Assembly: GCF_009914755.1 (NCBI RefSeq) | Contig: NC_060947.1 | Direction: 5' to 3' (one strand) | From: the human T2T-CHM13v2.0 reference genome, Homo sapiens | DNA: 64,000 bases | Shown here: positions 53,790 through 64,000 of the stretch, one piece after another | Numbering within the stretch: the stretch's first letter is position 1 | Layout: each line of letters begins with the position of its first letter | Notes under the pieces: generated by a model | What the model saw: the letters and a program-made list of their open reading frames with translations, nothing else | Databases searched by the model: none | Told to the model about the DNA's origin: nothing | Program-made: the position numbers and the translations under genes

Positions 53790-55050
53790 ACAAATGTTCA
53801 CATATGGAAATATTTATAGATATGTGCACATACATGGCTTACTTTGCAAACATATATTTCCTAGCTCTGCCAGATGAAAGAGCCTACTAGTAAAAAGCCA
53901 ATTTAGCACCCAGATCTTGGTTTTTAATATCATTCTCAAATAAAAGAAACCAGGGAGTTTTGGAGAGATGGCTAAGCCTAAAGCTGGTGCAGGAAACACA
54001 CAAAATGAGCCTGGCGCATCTTGTAGTGCTAGAAGTAAAGAAGTACTAAAAAAACAAACAATCACAATCATGAGAGTATGCCAAAGGGACACAGGAGCCA
54101 AGTGAAGGAGCTCCAAATGGCCACAGCTAGGACAATTTGAGCAACAAAATAAATAAAGCAGCACTGGATTATAACCCAAGTACAAAATAAATATCCATGA
54201 GTCCAAACTGTTATGAATAAATAATTGAATACAATCCAAGCAGTATTGGATTATAACCCAAAGTATAAAATAAATATCCATGAGTCCATATTGATATAAA
54301 TAAATAATTGAATAAATAAATACATGGGAGAACAGACAAATCTTACATGTAGAAGAATTCCAAATAATTCTCATAGATCTTCTGCCCCCGGGGGGTAGAA
54401 GATAATTTCCTACTTCTTAAATATGATCTATGCATGGTGACTTCCTTCCAAAGAAAGTAGTATGGAAAGGGCCAAAAAAAAAAAAAAAAGAATAACTTAG
54501 CAGTGGAGAAACCTGACAAACACTACTCAGCCAGGTGATCAAGCTCAATATCCACATTACAAAGTCACATTGGTAGTACGTGCCACTGATATAACGTGAT
54601 GAGAAGGGTATGTCACTTCCGTGGTCTTTCTTCCAATAACCCACAGCCCCAGCTAATTATGAGAAACCTCCAGATGAATCCTAATTGAGGGAAATTCTAC
54701 AAAATACCTGTCAAGGTCATCAAAAACAAGAGAAGTCTGAAAAACCATCACAGCCAAGAGGAGGCCAAAGAGACATGATAACTAAATACAATGGGGCATC
54801 TTGGATGAGATCTTGGGTCATAAAAAGGACATTAGGTAAAGATTAAATAAATGTAATAAACAATGGGTTTTAGTTTTAATGCTTCAATACTGATTTGTTA
54901 CTTTCGAAAAGAATACCATGCTAATGTCAGATGTTAATATTAGGGGCAACTGGGTGCAGAGTATATGGAAACTCTCTCTGTACTATCTTTGTAACCTTTC
55001 TGTAAATGTAAAAGTATTATAAAATAATAGTTTTATTATTTTAAATAACA
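53790..55050 (+). mobile_element. L1MC/L1MD 3'UTR
   Basis: agcacccagatcttggtttttaata...cagtggagaaacctgacaaacact...gtatatggaaactctctgtactatctttg. Confidence 0.75.
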
Positions 55051-55069
55051 GTAGTTTTAAAAACAGCAA

Positions 55070-55650
55070 CTAACGTGGAAATTTAAAGAAAAATATAATA
55101 GCAACAAAATACTTCAAAATACATTTTTAAAAGCAGGTACAGAGCCTACATGAATAAAACCATTAAATTATATTAAAAGAATTAAAACAAGATTTTCTAC
55201 AGGAAGAATTCCTTTCTGAGAAGACTTAAGGTCACAAAAAAGCCAATCTACTGGTTTAATACTATTTCCATAAAAGTCCAAGCAAAGTTATTTAGAATGT
55301 GGGACTTTTTTTTTTTTCTTGATGGAGGGTTGGGAGGTTGAATCAGATCAAAACTGATTGTAAAGTTTCATGAAAATTGCAAGAAAATTTTAAAATGTAA
55401 TAATGAAGATTTGCTTAATAATGTTTTAAAACATATAATAAAGTTACTATAATGAAAGTGTGGCATTAACATGACAACAGATAAAGAGATCAGTATAACA
55501 GAATAGAAAATCCAGAAAACAGATCCAAATATATATAGTATGTGTATATACACACACTTATGCACATGCACACACACACACACAAACACACACATATATA
55601 TATGAATTTAATGTCTGTTAAAGCAGTCATACCAATTCAAAAGGAAAGGA
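55070..55650 (+). mobile_element. Old L1M ORF2 fragment
   Basis: agatcagtataacagaatagaaaatccagaaacagatcca. Confidence 0.5.
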
Positions 55651-56039
55651 ATAGATGATGCATTTGGAAGGGAGAGAAGAAAGGAGGTAAATAGAACACT
55701 ACAAGCCAAACTCAAAAGCCAAAGTGCATACAGCATTTTGAAAGGATTGAAGGCATTTGAACAAGAGCACAGGGAGCAGTTTGGGATTAGGGAAAGCAGA
55801 CAGGAGTATCTTTGGAGAAGGCTAAAATGCCAGCTTGTGTTTAGGCTTTATCCAATAGTGAAAGGAACACTAAGGAAAGATTTGATTGAGACAGAGAGTT
55901 GGGAATGGGAGGAGTAGAAGACTCACATTTATTGAGTACTGACTGTGTCTTAGGTTCCGGGAAATTGACATAGGAGGTCATTTACTCCTCATTACAACTG
56001 TGTGAGCTTGGTAGTTTTCAATTAGTAATTTGCTGTTGT

Positions 56040-56595
56040 TCTTGTTAGCATTCATCCCACTGTTTTATTTTTTGTGGTAATACTTACATTGTTACTTTGA
56101 AATATTTTCTTCATTTTTAAATATAGAGACAAGAAGTAATCATGCTAATAGTTTTATGTAAAAAGATTTTCCATATAAGAGAACAAAGTTATGATTATAA
56201 AACAAAAGAAGCAAAAAAAAAAGTACTGTTCACTTGAGTTGGAAATGTTAATATGAGCTCACAAGTTTAAAAATATGTACTTTCTGGCTCTGTCAACTAA
56301 AATGACCTAGGAGCAACAGCATTCTGGTAGAAATAAGTGCCCAAGTCCCTAGATTTTGGCCTCTAATTTCATTCCCCCACTGAAAGGTACTAGTGTTCCT
56401 TGGAGAGATGGCCAACTCAAAGTCTGATATAGTGGAAGAGAAGATACAAGATGAGCCTGTGACACCATGTAGTGCCAGAAATCAAGGAAGATTTCAAAGA
56501 TAAATAGGGTTATTTCAGAAGGAAACTAGAACCAGCTTAAAGAGGCTCCTACTAATCTATGATGAAAACATGAGCATCAAAAAGAGTAACTGTAG
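56040..56595 (+). mobile_element. L1MC 3'UTR fragment lying between two MIR halves (~55920-56020 and ~56600-56750)
   Basis: ccttggagagatggccaactc...atacaagatgagcctg...gtagtgccagaaatcaaggaag; MIR motifs on both sides. Confidence 0.55.
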
Positions 56596-58237
56596 TTAAG
56601 TGTCCTCATTTTAAAAGTAATAGCTATAGAAATTCAAGCTGGGGAAATTCAGTTATTTTTCCAAGGAAATGCAGTCTTTAAGTACAGTCAATGTTGAATA
56701 TGAGTTTCTGTGACTCCAAATCAATGTTTCTACCATACACCACGCTTCTCGAGCAATGTTTAACTGAAGAGAAAAGTGCAGAACGGAAGAGAATACAAAG
56801 AGGTAGCTAGGAAAAGGCAGGTCAAGAGCCCAAATTTATCTTTCACTGGAAGAATTTTCTAGTAAATAGTCCCATCCGACAAGACAAAAGGATGATTACA
56901 AATATCCAAGCAGCAGCTGGATAAGATGGCCTTTTAGAGAAACCACGAAGGTCCCTCCTTGGAATTAATATCCAGATGTCCCAAGTGCTCCTGCTTCATT
57001 GTGGCACTTCCCTTTAATATCCCAGGAGAAGTGGTCAAATTCCCATCCCATGTCACAATATATTTCCCTGCCCAGGTATCTTTGACATGGAGATTCCTAA
57101 AGATAGTTGTTGACTATTCCTTAAGTTCATTCACTCTGGTGCCCTTGAGGCTACAGCCAGCCTTGGAATTTACCACCTTAATATCTCACAAGCTTTCCCA
57201 GCAGGCTGCAATAACTGTTCTCACAACTTTGTCCCCTACAGAGACATTGACCACTCCTTTGATTTCAGAAAGCACCGCTAAGACCAGGCTACAGGGTTTA
57301 ATAAGACTTTACTGACTACAGGAGCCTAAAAGGAGAGAACTGTAATGCAGAAGAGAAAACGTAAAAATGGATATGAAATAGCGTAGCTCCCAGTGCCCAC
57401 TACGTTGCAGAATTGAGCCCACCTCCCCCACCCCCATCTACTCTTCCTGGAAAGGCTTTTGACGGTTGCCTCTCCCATATCCACACTCTCCTGGGACCTA
57501 GAGAGAGGCAACCAAAGTTTATCCTTGATTACCAGCGTCAGGTATGCTTCCTGTGAGTGTACATCTCTGACCTACAATGAAGAATTATTATGCAGATGGC
57601 TTAGAGCTATGACTTCCCTTTGGCATAACCAAAAGAGTTACTGTGGTTGTCTCTTTTCCCCTACAACTAAAGAGCCCCCATCCTCAATGGAGAATCAAAG
57701 ATCCATTTCTAGCAACAAAATAAACCACAGAAACTTCAACACTAGGGTGTCTTTTTCTCCCAAGACTCAAATATCGCAGGATTAATTTCTTCAATTAAGG
57801 CCCAGGGTTAAAATTCCAGGGATTCCTTTCATCCAGATTCAGAAATTTCAGTGAAAGGAAAGCTGTGGCCAAGCATGTGACCTGAGATGAAAAGATCAGC
57901 CTTGATACTGGGGGGAGGTAAGGTAAAGATAGGAACCAAACATGATACCCCTCGCCTTTCCAGAGCAAACACCAAGGGACAGGTTACTCCTCCACCTACC
58001 CCCACCCATTCTATGATTCAATTAGACCCAAGAACTGCACTTTATTTTGTGTCTCATCTTGAAAACTAGGAAGTTGCACTGATGTATTGTGACCTCAGGG
58101 TGGTATAGAGTACAGACATGCAAGTTGGTCTCAGCCATCATCTGAAAACATTCTCCACACCTATCCCCAGCCATCACAGGCTGCTGTCCAGTGTCCAGTT
58201 GCTTGCTGCTTGGGAAGGGCAAGCAGTGGGTCTCGGG

Positions 58238-58243
58238 TCTCTC

Positions 58244-58305
<62 letters not shown>
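58238..58305. repeat. (TC)n microsatellite, ~68 bp, one interruption
   Basis: Read directly from the sequence. Confidence 0.95.
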
Positions 58306-58308
<3 letters not shown>

Positions 58309-58419
58309 CCAGTGGGGGAAGAGAAGATTTGCACACTCCTCTCTTGTAGGTCTGGCTCTGTGCCCCTGGGGGCTGACCTAAATGGACTTTGTGAATGAGC
58401 CTTCCAATGGGGAGTCTCA

Positions 58420-58735
58420 GGATAGTATCAGAGAAAGTGAAGAGATTCAGTTTGAAGTAGGAATTCCCCCAGTGTTGTAGCTGCAAAGTGATCTTGGTCA
58501 GGTTCTGTTAGCTGAAGGTCACAGCCTAGTCAGGTAGCCCTCTTCACTCAGCTCTCTTTGTGTCTGGGTCCTGGAAGCTGATCTCTTCCCTCCACCCTTC
58601 TGGCATGGGATGCCAACAGTGTCCACTCACTAGCTTACAGGTAGCGTACCTACACTTGAGGTTTTCACACCTTTGTAACTAGACCCTTTACTAAAGTCTT
58701 TTCAGATTACTCAACATGAATGTGCCATTGGTTAT
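58420..58735 (+). mobile_element. LTR33-like ERVL LTR fragment
   Basis: 3' end cacacctttgtaactagaccctttactaaagtc...gaatgtgccatt. Confidence 0.5.
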
Positions 58736-58763
58736 ACAAGCAGTTTAAAAACTTCTAACTCAT

Positions 58764-59170
<407 letters not shown>

Positions 59171-59349
59171 TCACGGGGTCCCTTTGGGCCACCCTGACCA
59201 CAACACCTGTAACGTGACATGGCCTTTTGTCTCACTCACTGTTCCCAGTCCCCTCTTAGCATCTGTCCCAGCATTGCACACAATTGCCTCCTAATGCTGA
59301 GGTCCCCTTGCCTAGGGTGATGGACATTCGGATATGTCATCTTGATCCC

Positions 59350-59710
59350 TTTTCAAGGAAAGCCTTGTTGTGCTGAGAGTGCTGCAGGCAGACAGCTCTC
59401 AGCTGGCAGCAACTTGGCAGCAGAAGGCTGCCACGGCCAAGGTCACATCCTTCCCAGGGTGGCCTATACCCAATGGCCACTGGTCAAAGCAAAGGTATAA
59501 AATTCCTGTCATTTGGCCCAAGTGCGACCATTATGATGGGCCATTTTACTCCAGAACTCTCCATGGAAATGGCCAAAGCTGACTCTGGGCCTGCATTGAA
59601 GCTCAGCTTCCCTCTGCAAATCCCGCTTTCTTCCCCTCCTTTTCCCAGGTGTTGACCCCAAGGGTCATGTGCACACTAAACTATTGGACATGTGCACACT
59701 AAACTCCTTC
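59350..59710 (+). mobile_element. LTR16A-like ERVL LTR
   Basis: cagacagctctcagctg...ccaaggtcacatccttccc...ccaggtgttgaccccaaggg. Confidence 0.65.
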
Positions 59711-61819
59711 TCATGGTGTACTTACTAGAGAAACCAACTTGTAACACCTTGCTATAAGATTCCTGTTAAAACAACCCTGGGCCAATATTCCCATCACGAG
59801 CTCCACAGCTGGTCTCTGGAATCCATGCACTTTGGTGGGAAGGCAGTTCCCTTCCAAATGGAGTCCCCTCCCCTCTACCATAGGCCACTCAGCGTTCCTC
59901 AGATGAGTCAGGCACCAGCGCTCTGGGCTCTCCAGTTTCAAGGCACAGACCTCACATTTCAGTGTAGGTTGCACAGATGCTCCCCTCACTAGGACTGGGG
60001 CTAGAGGTAGGAGTCTCCTTGCCTTCATTCTTGGGAGTAAGAAATGGGACTCTCAGTGCTACTTCTTCCAAGGAAATCCCTCTACCAAACACCTCTTTCC
60101 TCTGTCCCCTTGACCCTTTTATCTGTCAGGTCATTGAGTCTTCTATTCAGGTTTTCCATGGTCTACTTAGAATTATTGTCCTGGTGGTCTCTTGGAGTGT
60201 GATGTTCATTGTCTTCATTCCCCAGCCAAAACTGACCCTGGACGAGTCCCCCCTTTTAACATGTTACATTATGGAAATGTTTGAATATGGCAAGAATACC
60301 TTTTGGAAGAACTCTAGCAGAGGTCTCTAAGTAGGAAAATGAGTGGCTGGGGGAGAGGGATGGGATTGAGACATACTTTTCCCTCCTTTTTGTCTTCTGG
60401 GATTTTGTGCCATGTACATGCATGTTATACCTGTTAGGTTGAACTTTATGGAAATACAATTTTTGATAATTTTTTGGTCAAAGTTTTCTTATAACTTGTC
60501 TATACTCAGCATAGTCAAGTGTAAGGAACCACAGGTTCCTTACTATTTGGTGTTTCTCCTACCATCAGATTATAATCATTTCATGTGGCCTAAGCTGTTA
60601 CCTCTTTCTCTCAAACCTGGAACCTCACTATATAATTTTCCTACTTACATCTTATACACTCTAAGATTGCCTTTAGAAGCAGAATATAAACAGGATGTAA
60701 TCTAAGGAAGATAGTCACATTCCCATTCTGTCCCACCCTACATCCAAGGTCCCAGTAAATCGCCCTCCTTCAAAACTCCGCTGAAATGCCACCTTCACCC
60801 TCAAGTCATTTCTGTATTTCTTTTTACGGCTTCCAGCTCACTGAGGAAAGACTGACCATTTCATTGTGCAGGTACTTATCAGAAAGGATCTCGTATGCAG
60901 TATTGTCCTCATGCATAGGCAAATCTTTTTCCTTTATTAGACTATTCACTTTTAAGGAAAATATACAAGTCTTTATATCCCAAATGAGAACAGTGCCAGG
61001 AGCAGAACAATAGACAATTGCTGAATGAACAAATGACTTCGTTATAAAAGCTGGCATTATTTTATAGCATAAATAAGTTCAGCAAACCTTTTATGATGGA
61101 CACTCCTTATTCCGGTATGAGTAAAATATTCTCTCTAAATGTGCAGTGGGACACAACTGTGGAATCATTAGCTTATGCTGACTCACTCAATGGTCCATAT
61201 ATGATAGATGTCTTGGATACACAGTCCTAGCACACAGAAACATACTCTTTCTGAAAACATGCCTCAACAAGGAAGGGTAGCCAGTAAGACCCTGGCTCCT
61301 ACAGACGACAATTCTGTTACGCTTCATAGCCTCCAAATTTCTATCTTGCTTCTAAGTGATGAGGAATTTCAAGTCTCCAAGGAGAAAAAATAACATGAGA
61401 AAACTTTGTCAGGAAACTGCAGGCCCCTGGGGCCAGAGTTTAGAAAACACTTACGCAGGTGAGACTGTTTTCAAGAAGTTTCGACTATACAAATTCCTCT
61501 TTGTCAGAGTAACCACATATTAGTCCAAGACAGTTATTATATTTTCTTATTATAAGCATGCACTGTTTTCTGCATCTGGTGCATTTGCCAAATTGTAGAT
61601 TTATTCCTATTTCTATGCATCTGTGAAAAGAATGTGTGTTCCATCTCATCAGGGAGTTACTTGAAGTCACAGGTTGCTAATTCCAAATGAATAGAAACAA
61701 TGATTAATCTGGGAGATATGGGCTCACCACTATTTATGTAACAGATGTCCATTATGATGAGTTACACATTTGTTCCATGTTTACACTAGAATACAAAAAA
61801 AGAGGATTCAACTATTTTG

Positions 61820-61883
61820 TAAAAAAGAAAGAAAGAAAAAGAAAGAAAAAGAGAAAAAGAAAGAAAGAAAAAATAAAGAAAAA
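61820..61883. repeat. Degenerate (GAAA)n purine tract
   Basis: Read directly from the sequence. Confidence 0.85.
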
Positions 61884-62624
61884 GGGGGATGTGGGAAGGT
61901 AGGGAATTAAAAAAGTACTTGAAAATGTTTATTCAGGTGCCAGGTTAGATGCCACAGAGACATACAGTATGTCTGGAGGGTGGCAGGTAAAAAGCTGAGG
62001 GGAGGTAGAGAGCTAGGGGAGAGAGGGAAGTGGGGCTCAATGTTCCTGGCTTCATTTCAGGGTGTGGAGATTAACTCAGTCAATCTCACTTGGCTGACAG
62101 AAGCATTAATGCCAAAACCGGCAATTTCATCAGCATCAGTTACACAGAAGATGGGATTTCAGAGGAAAGCACGAGAAAAGGGAGAATGATGTATGTGATT
62201 TTATTCAAATAATTAAAAACAAAGTTGGCAGTCTATCTTCCTGTCAAGAAGAATAAATATCAGACTATGGAGTTGGAAGAAGTGCAAGCAGCTTCCTCTG
62301 CTCCATATTAACTTTGGTCCAATACAAACTTTAGAGCTGACTCTTCACACAAACAAAAATCCTTTTCCAATGATTCTCCCATGTGTTTTTTCAGTTACTC
62401 TGTGCAGCAAGAGGACATGAGCCAGAGGTAAGTGTGGAGGAGGGTACCGGACTGAGCCACACTCACGCTGTTAGAGTGAGGGCCACAAATACTACTTCTC
62501 TATAGCTGAGCAAAAGAAAGGACTCTAGAAATTTCCTTTCTCTCCTTATTTTCATCCTGTCCTCATAAGCGCAGGCCCTGAATCAAAGCAGGGCCTGGCC
62601 CATAGTAGGAACTGCATAGATAAG

Positions 62625-62674
<50 letters not shown>

Positions 62675-62682
62675 CATAGATA
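62625..62682. repeat. (TAGA)12 TACA TAGA tetranucleotide STR at an L2 3' end
   Basis: Twelve perfect units at 62625-62672, preceded by L2-like gcagggcctggcccatagtagg. Confidence 0.93.
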
Positions 62683-63515
62683 ATAAATATATAATGCATG
62701 CATTTAAACATGGATTAAATTAACATGGGTTGGACTTAACTAATGACATATGCACATGGATGGATAATATTTATTAATGGATTCATTATCTTATATACTA
62801 TATTTGCAGCCTAACTGAATTATAGCAGAAGCAGCATCGTAACTGAAAGTTCAAGAATCCCTTCTGAATGTCATAACATGGCTGCTATGTGTTCTAAATT
62901 ATACCTTTCCAGAGAGTTTCTTTTTTATTAATTTTATTAATAAAAAATAAAAATTTGACTAGATTCACTAAAGGGTATTGCTCATAAAACATTTTAATAA
63001 ACATTTCTCTGTATTTCCAGTAAACTCTTAAATTGCTTTTTAACTACTTCCAAAACATTGAATTTAAGATGCAAAATGCTTCACTTTTACATCGAAACCT
63101 TTCTTTTTATTATTTAATGATTACAAGAGAAATGAATAATCCTCTCTGCATTTGTAACATGCCCAAGTCCAATTAGAGAGCAGAACTATTCTTCAGAAAA
63201 GTCCTAAATTGATTGGACTGCTGGGAGCCATACAAGGCAACAACAATATACATATCAACCTTAGGCAATGCAGGAAGGGAAACACTGCAAAGGTAATCAG
63301 ATGATTATGGAGGAACTCAGCTACTTAAAAATGGCACATTGTTGTCCAGATTGGAAGTGTGAGTGCTCTGAGCCTGTTAAAAGGTTCTTTCAGGCATCCA
63401 AAACCTCTTTGCCAAAAAATTAATAATCTTATTTAGTCTAATCCCACCAAGTTAGCCAAGTTGATGAAGACAGAAAAAGACTCAATTTTTGAAGGAGGTG
63501 GGAATTCGGATAATA

Positions 63516-63741
63516 CAAGTGTCAGCAGAGGTTTTCTGTGAAGGGCCATATAGAAAATATTTTTTTTGGCTTTGTGTACCATTTGGTCTCTGTCACAATC
63601 ACTCAACTTTGCCATTGTAGTGAATGCATCCATGGACAACATGCAAATTAATGGGCAAAGTTGTGTCCCAATAAAATTTTGTTTATAAAAGCAAGTGGGC
63701 AAGCTGGATTTGCTTCACAGGACATAGTTTGCTGACTCCTA
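63516..63741. mobile_element. MER58A (hAT-Charlie)
   Basis: TIRs CAAGTGTCAGCA...TGCTGACTCCTA. TSD GGATAATA/GAATATTA (6/8). Confidence 0.85.
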
Positions 63742-63978
63742 GAATATTATGTAGATGGCTCTCCAAAACAGACTGAAGCCTAAGAAAAGACGCAGATCTC
63801 AAGGTCAAGTTGAAAATTATAGTGTTTTTAAGTTCCTTGTATTTTAAAATGTGCTTAGCAGTACCTTTACTTCTTGTATAGATCTTATGGTGTTTGCCTT
63901 CCAATAGAATTTTCCTTAAATTCATCTTTTAGATGTGCATGTCTTTTATCAAATTGTCTGCATAAGCTTGAATTCAGT

Positions 63979-64000
63979 AAAAAAAAAAAAAAAAAAAAAA
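63979..64000 (+). repeat. Poly(A) run, truncated by the window end
   Basis: 22 A's to the end of the window. Confidence 0.9.

Noticed and set aside
53814-54374. 186-aa minus-strand ORF
   Set aside because: Antisense of an L1MC/MD 3'UTR, lengthened by the 82-bp duplication.
58022-58486. ORFs with ERERER/SLSLSL runs
   Set aside because: Translations of the (TC)n microsatellite.

Overview
Primate (very likely human) nuclear DNA from an AT-rich, repeat-dense intergenic or intronic region. No protein-coding host gene, rRNA/tRNA gene or CRISPR array can be supported. The long ORFs are LINE-1 remnants and most short ORFs are repeat-derived noise. Well over half of the window is transposon-derived: L1s of many ages, Alus, solo LTRs (LTR14-type HERV-K, MER41B, MER66, MaLR, LTR16/33), MIR/L2 and hAT MITEs. 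Subfamily names come from recalled consensus motifs, not a RepeatMasker run, and boundaries of old elements are approximate. I cannot support a new biological system. The most notable structures are: a chimeric L1 (older promoter/ORF1 fused to a younger ORF2 with an open endonuclease-only ORF); two tandem L1MA-type 5'UTRs, each joined directly to ORF2; a 25-nt U6 retro-insertion; a 50-bp orphan retro-insertion; an inverted duplication that predates an Alu; a MER41B LTR with two intact GAS sites; and a near-pristine AluYa-lineage insertion with a 50-A run.
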